Assembly (NCBI GenBank): GCA_016795155.1
Contig: JAEUIE010000029.1
Location: forward strand, 129,212-193,211
Direction of reading: 5' to 3'
Length of the DNA stretch: 64,000 nucleotides
From: Planctomycetia bacterium
GTDB lineage: Bacteria; Planctomycetota; Planctomycetia; Gemmatales; HRBIN36
The notes beneath the pieces were generated by a model. The model had not been told where the DNA came from, made no database searches, and saw only the letters and a program-made list of their open reading frames with translations. Position 1 is the first letter of the stretch; each line of letters starts with the position of its first letter. A program made the position numbers and the translations under genes. Positions 1 through 9,421 of this stretch are shown piece by piece.

Positions 1-1095
1 AAGCTCGTTGTAGTACGTTCGATGCGGCAGTCTGCAGGCGGTCACCCCGCTGGTTCCATGCAACTGCTTTCAGGCGACCCCGACACTCGCGATAAGCCCA
101 AGCCCAAATACCCCGACTGGATGACTGTTGCCAACTACATGCTGGGCCAGCAAGGCCCCCGGCAGAATCCGCTACCTTCCTATGTCGGCCTCAATCCGCC
201 TCTTGAATACAACGGCCCCGCTTACCTGGGTGATTCGTACTCACCGTTTGTCGTCTCGGGTGATCCCAACGCCCCTACTTTCTCTGTACCCAATATTGGC
301 TTGACCAATGCTGACGAAGTGCAACGGCTAGGTCGACGTTCTTCGCTCCGTCAGAAGCTTGACACCCTGGAACGCAGTTTCGATCATGCCCGGGAACTGG
401 CTGCACTTGATGAGTTTGAATCGCAGGCCATGACCTTGCTGACGAACCCACAGACCAAGGTTGCCTTTGATCTGAACCGTGAAGACCCCCGGACCCGAGA
501 CCGTTACGGCCGCAACGCCTGGGGACAGCAACTATTACTGGCCCGACGACTGGTGGAAGCAGGCGTTGATGTGCTGACAACCAGCCTCAGCGGCCCGCTC
601 TGTGGACGAGTAGGCAACTGGGACGATCATGCCGTCAACCAGCATGTGTTCGATGCCATGAAGTTCCGCTCGCCGGCTTACGATCAGGCCGTATCCGCTC
701 TGATCGAGGACATTTACTTGCGTGGGTTGGATAAGCGAGTGCTGGTCGTCGTCACAGGTGAATTCGGGCGCACTCCCAAGATCAGCTACGCCCCCAGCAC
801 CGGAGCAGGCGATGCCAGCGCACCGGCAGGCACCACCCAACCAGGTCGCGACCATTGGCCTGCAGGGTTCTCCAATATCTGGGCAGGTGGAGGCATCTCG
901 ACCGGCCGCTTTGTTGGGGCCACCGATAAGCGAGGCGAAAATGCCATCGATCGTGTCTGCGGACCAGGCGATTTCCTCGCCACCATCTACCACCACCTCG
1001 GCATCGACTACGCCAAGACGATGATCAAAGACTTCAACGGTCGCCCCACACCCATCGTTGATCATGGCAAAGCGATTCCCGAATTGATCGGCTAG
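1..1095 (+). CDS. DUF1501 domain protein, 5'-truncated by the window edge
   Basis: The frame is open from nt 1. It has the motifs VVTGEFGRTPKI and GRDHWPAGFS typical of the DUF1501 (sulfatase-like) family. At 357+ aa it is shorter than the three full-length paralogs in this window. Confidence 0.85.
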   Translation, partial: KLVVVRSMRQSAGGHPAGSMQLLSGDPDTRDKPKPKYPDWMTVANYMLGQQGPRQNPLPSYVGLNPPLEYNGPAYLGDSYSPFVVSGDPNAPTFSVPNIGLTNADEVQRLGRRSSLRQKLDTLERSFDHARELAALDEFESQAMTLLTNPQTKVAFDLNREDPRTRDRYGRNAWGQQLLLARRLVEAGVDVLTTSLSGPLCGRVGNWDDHAVNQHVFDAMKFRSPAYDQAVSALIEDIYLRGLDKRVLVVVTGEFGRTPKISYAPSTGAGDASAPAGTTQPGRDHWPAGFSNIWAGGGISTGRFVGATDKRGENAIDRVCGPGDFLATIYHHLGIDYAKTMIKDFNGRPTPIVDHGKAIPELIG

Positions 1096-1117
1096 CTAGC
1101 TTGCCGTGCCGCAGACC

Positions 1118-4100
1118 TCATGGTTTAGCTGGTGCGTCACTGATGGCATGAATGGTATTGTGAATCGTGCCAACGATGGCACGTCCGTCGGTTCCTTTCA
1201 GACGATACTTGATCTCCATGCCCCAGGTGGGTGCCAGGTCTTTACTCTCCAGGCGCACCGTTTTCCCATCGGGCAGAAGCACAGCTTTCGATATCATCAG
1301 GGCATGTTCGTTGAGATGCTTCGAGCCATAATTTTTGCTGCGAAGTAGACCCCAGACAGTGACTTCGTAGTTCTTGATATCAGCTGCACTGGATGGATCG
1401 ATCGGATCAGTGAAGGTCACTTCCACTCCACCCGACCTGGCCTTCAGACCAACAGGCAAGTCGGCAGGCTTTTCGGTATATCGAACCCGATAGAAGCCGC
1501 CTGAGCCAGTCTGATTCCCCGCCCAGGCGAACATGCCCAGGGTATAAAGCTGGCCATCGACAGGATGAAATCTGCCACGCATGATGCCTGTCGGAAACGG
1601 CGGCAAAGGCAGCGAGCACATGCCACCTTGTACCTGTCCATTCACTTTCTCATGAGGCACGACGTAGATCTTCCCATGCCCGTAGGAGATATTCAGCAGC
1701 GAACCTGCAAGTGATCCCCACTTGTCACTGTTCACCCACAGCAACTCAGCCGGCGAACGATCAAAGTTGTTCGTGATCCAGCAGAGTGGCTGCTTCATGG
1801 CAGAGTTGGAGGTTTCGGTGATGTCCGTGTATCCCCACATGTTGCCATAGAACCCACTTTTCTCCACCAGGTTGATACGGTTCTTCGGCGTCCAGAATCC
1901 TTCCTGATCGGTGACGAAGAAGGTGCCATCGGGATTCAAGCACACGCCATTGGCTGCCCGGAAGCCGGTCGCGAGTATCTCCGTCGTGGAGCCGTCCTTG
2001 CTCACTTTCAGAAGCGTACCATGGTGAGGAACGAGTGCAGGCAGTGCATGACGACCACTCTTGGCGTAGTAGAAGTTGCCTTCCGGATCGGTCTGCAAGC
2101 CCATGGCAAACTCATGGAAATGCTCGGTCACCTGATGATCGTTATTGAAGCACTCGTAGTAATCCATCTCGGCATCGTTGTTTAGATCGTGCAGCCGCAC
2201 GATTTGATCGCGACAGCAGACATAGATATTCCCCTCGCGCAGCTTCAGGCCAAGTGGCTGAAAGAGCCCAGTTGCGATGCGCTGCCAGGTTAGCCCACTA
2301 GCTGGTTGATCGAACCCGGTGACCATCCAGACATCGCCATCCCAGGAGCAGACTGCTGCCCGTTTACCATCGGGAAAGAAGTCGAACCCCGTCAGTCGCA
2401 ATTGAGCGTTCCATGGGTTCTTTTCTGGAAGTACGAAGGTATCGACTGCAAACGGCCCATCGTTCTTGCCTAGCGTTGTCATCGTTTTCAGAATCTCTGG
2501 CCAACGCTTCGGCCCACCTTCAGTGAGTAGTTTCAAGGAACTTGGGGCAGTGCTGGCATAGCCATCAAGCATCTGCTGGGTGGTCTTAGCCATCAGGAGC
2601 TTGATGCGCATCGTTGTTGTCGAGACAGGTATCTTGAGCAGCGTGAAGCCATCTCGCTTGATGAGCGATGCCTGGGCATCACCCACCACCTTTACTGCAA
2701 TATCGGCTGGCGCGATCCGAGCTAACAGTTCTTTGGAGGATGGACCGATTTCCAGCGTACGAGTATAGATCACTGTGGCTGGTTGTTTGGCATCCGTCTC
2801 TACACCGAACGACTCGAATACACTGGCACCACCAACGGTGTATGAGAGGATCGTTTGATTGCCGAACTGGTAGGTGCCCCGGTACTGCGCCCACGATTTC
2901 GGTAGTGGCCCATAAGGCTTGCCATCGCGACCAGTGAGGCGTGGATCGTCGAAACTACCCGTTTCAGGATTGGCCCAACCGGGACCGACTGGATTCACCA
3001 CCTGAACATCGCCCATCAGCTTGGGATGGACTTGATGCTGACCGTTGAAGTGGATGCCTTTCCAGTCAATAAATCCGTTGCCACTCCAGGCCGCTGCGAA
3101 TCGCATGGTGTCGTGATCAAAGAGCGCCCAGCGGTTGCCTCGTGATACACCACCCGGTCCTGCATCAAGCCGTACAGCAATACCCTTGTAGGCGATGTTC
3201 GGTCCCGTCCCACTAACTTCGTAAGTGTTCATCAGGCTGGGGCCGTAGTCCATGGTCACCCATGGTTCCACCGTTGCCGCCGGCGGACCGAAGATTGTTC
3301 CCTTCGGAAGTTTCTCTAGGTAACCCTGATCAATGCTCGCATATTGAGACTTGTTGTCATTCTTGAGATACGTTTCGCGGAGGTAGTGGATGACATCATA
3401 CTTCTGTCGAGGCACCATCCACGTTTGCGGGGCCATCATGCCATAGCCGTGGGTGAGCGTTTGATACAGGCTGTAGGGGTCGCTGCCGTTCTTGAACTTG
3501 TCGACAGCAAATCGTAGCGATGTTGGCATGGAGCCGAAGGCATCCTTGGTTCCATGACAGTTGGCACAAACACGGGTATAGATGGCTTCGCCTCGGCGAA
3601 ATGCTTTCTCATCCAGTGAGCGGAGGAACCCGGCATGATTGATCTCCTTCTCATACTCGGGAATCACGAGTGCCGTCTGGGCAGGCCGCAGTTCACTGGC
3701 ACGACGAGGCCCTTGTTTTGCGATTTCGATGAGGTACTTCGCCAGGTCCAGAAACTGCTGCCTGTCTGAAAGCAGATTGACCAGACCATCGGGCATCAGC
3801 GATTGCTGGCTGATCTTGCGCTCGTCGATCTCAGCACTGGCAACCTGGATCTGTTTACCCTGCGCTGCCGGGTCGATGAGGGTAATGTCGCCGTTCTTGT
3901 CACTCACGAAGAGGCCCGTGTGGGTTCGGCCATCGCGGGTGGTGATGGTGACCGTTTCGTACCCCTTTCTGATAACCTTCGATGGTGCAAGCACGGATTC
4001 AATGAGATGCTCTGCGGTTCCATCCTTCCCGATTTTGGCAAGGTCTGGCCCCAGTTGAGTTCCTGCTTGGGCATCGTGGCATTTGGCACAAGTGAGAAAC

Positions 4101-4276
4101 GGCTGGAAGAACAATACTGCTCCACGGGCTGCATCGCCACGAGACTTAACGTCATTGATCAGGCTGGAGAGGGGTTCCTTGCTCAGTTTCTGCTGCAGCG
4201 TGGGCTGATCATCGACATGTACCAGAGAAGTGGAATACAGCATCAAGCTAACGACAAACAGCCTTCCCATGTGCAT
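1118..4276 (-). CDS. Large secreted c-type heme-binding protein (PVC-type heme-binding / membrane-bound dehydrogenase-like)
   Basis: 1052-aa ORF with an N-terminal signal-like segment and two CxxCH heme motifs (CAKCHD, CANCHG). The long beta-rich C-terminal region resembles planctomycete dehydrogenase-domain proteins. Confidence 0.75.
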   Translation of the reverse strand: MHMGRLFVVSLMLYSTSLVHVDDQPTLQQKLSKEPLSSLINDVKSRGDAARGAVLFFQPFLTCAKCHDAQAGTQLGPDLAKIGKDGTAEHLIESVLAPSKVIRKGYETVTITTRDGRTHTGLFVSDKNGDITLIDPAAQGKQIQVASAEIDERKISQQSLMPDGLVNLLSDRQQFLDLAKYLIEIAKQGPRRASELRPAQTALVIPEYEKEINHAGFLRSLDEKAFRRGEAIYTRVCANCHGTKDAFGSMPTSLRFAVDKFKNGSDPYSLYQTLTHGYGMMAPQTWMVPRQKYDVIHYLRETYLKNDNKSQYASIDQGYLEKLPKGTIFGPPAATVEPWVTMDYGPSLMNTYEVSGTGPNIAYKGIAVRLDAGPGGVSRGNRWALFDHDTMRFAAAWSGNGFIDWKGIHFNGQHQVHPKLMGDVQVVNPVGPGWANPETGSFDDPRLTGRDGKPYGPLPKSWAQYRGTYQFGNQTILSYTVGGASVFESFGVETDAKQPATVIYTRTLEIGPSSKELLARIAPADIAVKVVGDAQASLIKRDGFTLLKIPVSTTTMRIKLLMAKTTQQMLDGYASTAPSSLKLLTEGGPKRWPEILKTMTTLGKNDGPFAVDTFVLPEKNPWNAQLRLTGFDFFPDGKRAAVCSWDGDVWMVTGFDQPASGLTWQRIATGLFQPLGLKLREGNIYVCCRDQIVRLHDLNNDAEMDYYECFNNDHQVTEHFHEFAMGLQTDPEGNFYYAKSGRHALPALVPHHGTLLKVSKDGSTTEILATGFRAANGVCLNPDGTFFVTDQEGFWTPKNRINLVEKSGFYGNMWGYTDITETSNSAMKQPLCWITNNFDRSPAELLWVNSDKWGSLAGSLLNISYGHGKIYVVPHEKVNGQVQGGMCSLPLPPFPTGIMRGRFHPVDGQLYTLGMFAWAGNQTGSGGFYRVRYTEKPADLPVGLKARSGGVEVTFTDPIDPSSAADIKNYEVTVWGLLRSKNYGSKHLNEHALMISKAVLLPDGKTVRLESKDLAPTWGMEIKYRLKGTDGRAIVGTIHNTIHAISDAPAKP

Positions 4277-4568
4277 TCATTTCTCCGAATCAGCCCTGGT
4301 GCATGTCTTAAGTTAAAGATGCTAATCTATCCTTTAGATAGTATCCAGCGCTTTCATGCAAAGGATCATACTACCCTGACCATCACCAATGTTCGCACAT
4401 GGCATCACTGTGAAAACAGGACAGCTGAGACGAGCCTGTTCATTTATCGCTACTCATCTAGTAGCCAGTGGCATCCTACGTGAAAATCAGGGTCATCCAA
4501 TGGATATGAATGGACATGATGATCATTGGGTTTGATTACCTCTCTTCTCTCCTTATCCCAGAGAATTA

Positions 4569-5198
4569 TCAATCTTCCTCATCTTCCTTCATCTTCATCA
4601 ACCAGATTGCCCGAATGGTTTTCAGTTTCCTTTCGATGGAACGCACCGATCTACCGAGTTGCTGAGCCATTTCCTCATTGGAGTAACCTTCCAGTCGAAG
4701 CAAAGCAACCTGGGAGAGTTCCTTATCGCGCAATGCTGCAAATAGTCGTTCGCACTCTTCAGTGAAGATCGCAGCTAAGTCAGGCTCGACCTGTTTGCCA
4801 GGCATCACATCTGGGCTGCCCGGTGAAGATTCATTTGAATTGAAGAACACCGATTCGCCACGAACGGCATCGCCACCCCGTTTCTGAGCATGAATCCGTC
4901 GAAGGTGATCAACAGTTTTCCGTTTAGTCAGTACACGAAGGATGAGCCACAGATCGCTCCGATCATTCAACTGGACAAACCTTCCCTCAGCTGCCCCTCG
5001 AAAGAAACTGTTCATAACACTCAGTGCAATATCTTCTTCATCTCTGACACGACGAGCCCGCGCCTGCAGTTGTTGTCTGGACGCCACCATCAATTGATCA
5101 AAATACCTGTTCCAGAGTTCCTGTTCTGCAGCCTGATCACGACCTTGCTTGATCTTCTCCAGTAAATCGACCATGGAATCTCTGTTTATCTGATCCAT
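4569..5198 (-). CDS. ECF-type RNA polymerase sigma factor (planctomycete/verrucomicrobial ECF-like subfamily)
   Basis: 209 aa. The N-terminus LLEKIKQGRDQAAEQELWNRYFDQL and the C-terminal HTH EGYSNEEMAQQLGRSVRSIERKL are typical region 2 and region 4 signatures. Confidence 0.85.
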   Translation of the reverse strand: MDQINRDSMVDLLEKIKQGRDQAAEQELWNRYFDQLMVASRQQLQARARRVRDEEDIALSVMNSFFRGAAEGRFVQLNDRSDLWLILRVLTKRKTVDHLRRIHAQKRGGDAVRGESVFFNSNESSPGSPDVMPGKQVEPDLAAIFTEECERLFAALRDKELSQVALLRLEGYSNEEMAQQLGRSVRSIERKLKTIRAIWLMKMKEDEED

Positions 5199-5417
5199 TG
5201 GATTACCGTGTATGATTCAAGCTTAAGGCAGAAAAGATAATTTAATTTAGTGGGGAAGCAAGCCATGAAAGACAATTCAGTTGTGGACAATCTCCATGCT
5301 ACTGCTTGATCGCCAATAACCTCCATGGTAACAATATGGGATTTACTGGGCCAAAAGCAGATGAGATCACGGTGTTGTCCACCAGAACTTGCCCTGAAAT
5401 TCTGAATTGAGGCAACT

Positions 5418-7577
5418 ATGGCAGTGCGTATACATGTGGCAGCAACCGTGGCTACTGAAAAGGAAATCAGGAATGTCTTCCGCGAAATACTTGGAGATGT
5501 ATTTGAAAAAATCAGGATTGAATCGACGCCGCCTTGGAGCTTTTTCACTGCCAATGATTGGGGTGTGGATCGTGCCAATTTGATCCAAGGGCTCGAAAAG
5601 CTACACCACACAGGATTGCTAGCTACAACGGAAGACGCATCGCGCTGGCATCTCACGCTTATGCAGCCACGCCAGCCACCACTCAGATTTCTGCACGAAT
5701 TCTATATCTTCCGCAGGGAATGTGATCCGCAGCAGAATGTGGAACCATCTGAGGAGGAAGAAATCGATCCTCGCCTGGCATTTCTCCAGCCAGATCCAGA
5801 CCCCCAGCCAAGTCGTCCCTGGTCACCATTTGATCAGGTTGCAAATTCCTATGCCGAGATGGGCGCGCCAATTGCTGATGCCTTTCTTGACTCAGTTCAA
5901 CACATGACCTATGGCCAGGCTGTCAATGCATTTCGACTTTACGAAGCCAATCGTTTGGCTGATGCGTTTACACAGGCAGGCTTGGCTATTGATAGGCAGC
6001 CTCTGCTCGATGCCTTGCTTTGGAAATCCACCACGGACCGGGAAGACGATGCGGATATAGGTAATCTTCCTCGGGTTCTTCTCGCATTGGGCCTGCACGG
6101 ATCCATAGCTGATTTTTTTAAAAATCCCGACCCTGTTGAGCTGGAAGATTCGGAACAGACTGCAGAATCTGCCAAGGCGGGTAATCCATACGGCAGCGAT
6201 GAATTCATCTCGCAAGCCATCAAGGCTACAGAATCCTGTTCGTTGCTGCCTGTTAAAAACGGCCCGCTCGAATGCGAGTTTGTCGACATTCCATTACTGG
6301 ATTTCATCAAGGATTCTCTCACAGTTGGCTCTCAGCCCTTCTCAGTTTTGACACTAATCTTCCCGTCTCCCACAGATCCCACACAACTGGAGGTTCCAAT
6401 ATCCCACTGCACCGACATTGAAGTCCGACCCTGTCCGCAAGGCTGGCAGATCGGTTTGAAAACACTCGATTATTTTGCTCCAGAGTCAGAGGAATCAGCA
6501 TGGAGAGAAGATCTGCTGAGAACGTACCTGGGCGAACCACTAGCTGCGATCTTACGTTCTCCACCTGATGGAAGCCATCTTGATTACCGTACAGGCCATC
6601 CCGATTATCCCAGCACACAATTACGCTTCTCAGGACCTGTTGCACAGGGTAAATGGCTGATCGAATCAGCCTGGCCAGCCGTAGACCGGGATACCCTGCA
6701 GGAGGTTCTGGATCTCGCGCGAAATCGGGAGGATGAGGAATGGGTTCTGCGTGATGAGGCGGAAGCTGATGCCATCATGCATGCCGTGTCTCGCGATGGT
6801 TATCTCTACAACATGGAAGTTCAACGCAATGGCAATCATATTATTTGTGAGCTGGATATCGGCAATCTGGCTGTGTTGATGATGCGTCATCGTTACAGTC
6901 ACATCTGGGATTTCAAGCCTGTTCTGGAGTTTGTTGAACAGCAATACAACAGACGCCGAAAAGAAGAACAGAAAATGCGGCGAGCACTCGTCAAAAATCG
7001 GAAGGATCGCTCGCCGCCCATAGACAAATCAAAGGTTATCTACCGAGGCAAGGCCAGTACCTACTGGAAATCGGATATGGCCAGTTGGACGGTGCTGGAA
7101 GCTGCTCCTCGCAAAGCCTTCGAAGCGGCCTTAGCCGAACTCGGTTTCAAGTGGATAGGAGATTTCGTCTGTAAAAAGCTGCGTGACTATGTGCTACGTT
7201 ATTTTCTCAGCGAGGATAAGCAAACCTATGCGATAATCACTGCCTCTGCCATGGGTTACCTGTCCTTCGAATTCGTCAGCCACTTTGAGAATGATGCACA
7301 TCTGACCACATCGAACTCGTGGATTGCCTCCAGCCATCCTGAAATCGAAATGTATGCCCAGGTTCATCCTGAGTTAAAACCGAAAGAACTCTTTGAAAAA
7401 CATAAGTGGGGCATCAACCGATTTCTTACTCACAAGAACACGCAACCAGTACGCTACTCAGAGGAACTTTCCGTTCTATGTGAACTATTCGATTCCATTC
7501 TCATCAAAACAGCAACCATAGAGAACGACCTGAATACGGTGGATCCCGTCAGCATGGAGGAAGATTCAGAGGAGTGA
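5418..7577 (+). CDS. Hypothetical acidic cytoplasmic protein, no recognisable domain
   Basis: Uninterrupted 719-aa ORF, too long to be chance. No signal peptide, TM segment or motif that I can assign. It is divergent from the ECF sigma gene. Confidence 0.7.
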   Translation: MAVRIHVAATVATEKEIRNVFREILGDVFEKIRIESTPPWSFFTANDWGVDRANLIQGLEKLHHTGLLATTEDASRWHLTLMQPRQPPLRFLHEFYIFRRECDPQQNVEPSEEEEIDPRLAFLQPDPDPQPSRPWSPFDQVANSYAEMGAPIADAFLDSVQHMTYGQAVNAFRLYEANRLADAFTQAGLAIDRQPLLDALLWKSTTDREDDADIGNLPRVLLALGLHGSIADFFKNPDPVELEDSEQTAESAKAGNPYGSDEFISQAIKATESCSLLPVKNGPLECEFVDIPLLDFIKDSLTVGSQPFSVLTLIFPSPTDPTQLEVPISHCTDIEVRPCPQGWQIGLKTLDYFAPESEESAWREDLLRTYLGEPLAAILRSPPDGSHLDYRTGHPDYPSTQLRFSGPVAQGKWLIESAWPAVDRDTLQEVLDLARNREDEEWVLRDEAEADAIMHAVSRDGYLYNMEVQRNGNHIICELDIGNLAVLMMRHRYSHIWDFKPVLEFVEQQYNRRRKEEQKMRRALVKNRKDRSPPIDKSKVIYRGKASTYWKSDMASWTVLEAAPRKAFEAALAELGFKWIGDFVCKKLRDYVLRYFLSEDKQTYAIITASAMGYLSFEFVSHFENDAHLTTSNSWIASSHPEIEMYAQVHPELKPKELFEKHKWGINRFLTHKNTQPVRYSEELSVLCELFDSILIKTATIENDLNTVDPVSMEEDSEE

Positions 7578-7661
7578 ATTCTGCTGCGCAGAATAGTGGC
7601 AGGTTTGTTGTGATGGCCCATCACTCAGTAACTCTCATAGTCTAGCTCAACAATCAACGGA

Positions 7662-8081
7662 TTATTTCAGCAAGAACCAGACTAGTAGCGAGATCAGCAG
7701 AACAATTGCAACCCAGAAAAAGTAGGTTATCCCATGCCAAGAGGCGCTTTCCTTCCCCGGTATATATGATGGCGGGCCATACATGACACGCAATTCTGAA
7801 TCATCTTCAGATAACTTCTGCGTCCATTTCTTGCGGTCCTCGTCTTGCTTATCTTCCATTGCAGATTTTCTATCATCAGGTTCACCCTCCTGATCAAGGT
7901 CGATTCGGCTGGGTCCATACATCACGCGTCCAAGTTTTTGTAAGGCTGACTGATTTCCGGGTGGTGTGGAGTTCGAACTATCCAAGGATGCTTTGCAGTG
8001 CGGGCATGAATCTTCTCCTACTCGATAATGCTGACCACACTTTGGACATGACTTAAGAGAATCATCTTTTTGAGGGAACAT
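7662..8081 (-). CDS. Zinc-ribbon protein with a C-terminal transmembrane anchor and two RVMYGP repeats
   Basis: 139 aa. It has CPKCG...CPHC near the N-terminus and a hydrophobic tail YFFWVAIVLLISLLVWFLL. Its start overlaps the end of the upstream radical SAM gene by 20 nt. Confidence 0.6.
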   Translation of the reverse strand: MFPQKDDSLKSCPKCGQHYRVGEDSCPHCKASLDSSNSTPPGNQSALQKLGRVMYGPSRIDLDQEGEPDDRKSAMEDKQDEDRKKWTQKLSEDDSELRVMYGPPSYIPGKESASWHGITYFFWVAIVLLISLLVWFLLK

Positions 8082-9213
8082 GTGATGCCTCCCTTGTTCC
8101 AGCAGGTTCCACTACGATGCTGAAGATTCCATGATCGAATGGGACACCTGGAGCAGGACTGATCCTGACCAGTCTTTCCTGCAGTCCCTGCTTCTGGTGT
8201 TGTAATGCACGATAGTGACAATAAGGATTATTGCCTGCCTTACCGAAAAGTACATGGCTGGTCCAAGTACAGCCGGCTCGGCAAACGTCGGCATAATAAC
8301 AATCTCGACAAAAACCCCACAGGTCGGCCATGCTGCGTTCCTGAATGACACGTAAAGCCGGTTCACGCAGGAGTTCTTTCAATGATTTTTCCCGCAAGCT
8401 GCCACCAGCATAAGGAGTGGTAGGAAGGGAAGGGCACCCTTTGAGCGTTCCATCTGCCTCAATACCTAATGTCTGCTCACCTGCCTGGCAACCATCCCAA
8501 TATCCGTTTCCAGAAGCCCCACCGCGGAGTATTTGTTCAAAGGGGCCAAAGTAACCAATGTTGTTGCCCGGAACAAATCGAACGCCGGATTGAACACAAC
8601 GTTGTTTCAAGGCAACAAGTCGGGGAAAGAGGTTTAGCAAATCATAAGGCTGCAGCAACCAGTCAGAGTGATCGGCAGCACGTCCCATGGCAACTGTTAA
8701 CTGCACCCCCCATGCCCAAATATGCTGCTCCAGTAATACATCAAGCAGACTTTCCAGGTCAGGCAGTGAAAGATGGTTGATCTGTGTATTGACGGAAACC
8801 TTAACTCCTTCACGGTGCAGATGATCCAATGCTGACAGGGCGGCCTGGTAACTGCCCGTCATCCCCCGCTGCAGATCATGGGCACTCTGTAATCCATCCA
8901 TCGATACTGCAACGCTGACTATTCCCGCTTGCTTGATTCGTCTTGCCAAATCTGCATCCAGACCGCGACCACCAGTCACCATCGAACAATACATGCCATG
9001 CTCGCTGATCGCGCGGGCGATACATTCCCAGTCTTGTCGCAGGTATGCTTCGCCTCCGATCAGTGCCACTTCACGAACATCGCACTCACCCAGTTGTTGC
9101 ACAACACGTAATGCTTCTTCTGTCGTCAGTTCCCGTTGTCTGACCTTGCCTGCCCGTGAGCCACAATGACCGCACGCCAGGTTACAGCGAAGTGTTAACT
9201 CCCAGACCACCAT
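8062..9213 (-). CDS. Radical SAM enzyme with a SPASM-type C-terminal Cys-rich domain
   Basis: It has the CNLACGHC (CxxxCxxC) motif at residues 10-17, and C-terminal clusters GCPSLP and CRDCYYADVCRAGCTW typical of SPASM auxiliary Fe-S domains. Confidence 0.85.
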   Translation of the reverse strand: MVVWELTLRCNLACGHCGSRAGKVRQRELTTEEALRVVQQLGECDVREVALIGGEAYLRQDWECIARAISEHGMYCSMVTGGRGLDADLARRIKQAGIVSVAVSMDGLQSAHDLQRGMTGSYQAALSALDHLHREGVKVSVNTQINHLSLPDLESLLDVLLEQHIWAWGVQLTVAMGRAADHSDWLLQPYDLLNLFPRLVALKQRCVQSGVRFVPGNNIGYFGPFEQILRGGASGNGYWDGCQAGEQTLGIEADGTLKGCPSLPTTPYAGGSLREKSLKELLREPALRVIQERSMADLWGFCRDCYYADVCRAGCTWTSHVLFGKAGNNPYCHYRALQHQKQGLQERLVRISPAPGVPFDHGIFSIVVEPAGTREASHVPSKR

Positions 9214-9421
9214 GTTGAAACGTGAAATGATAGGCTTGATGGTGCACCAGCATGACAGAGGTATTTCATGAATCAGATTATCGATCAGGCAAGCTTATCC
9301 GGATTTCTCTCTGAAGTAAACGATTCGATAAGAACAGTGAGCCACTGATGCTCGCTGTGTGAATTCCCAGCACGCTACTGTACAATGGTCGAGAACAAGT
9401 CCATAACGCATTTACCAGCAG

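Noticed and set aside
4415-4440. A hairpin AACAGG-N14-CCTGTT downstream of the ECF sigma gene, considered as a terminator.
   Set aside because: It has only a 6-bp stem with a 14-nt loop and a short U run. This is too weak to annotate.
8062-9213. The radical SAM/SPASM enzyme as the anaerobic sulfatase-maturating enzyme for the Cys-type sulfatase at 56044..57444.
   Set aside because: The genes are 47 kb apart. The cluster context (RCNLACGHCGS, very short N-terminus) looks more like the PqqE/AhbD-type peptide/cofactor group than the anSME CxxxCxxC-F/Y context. There is no supporting linkage.
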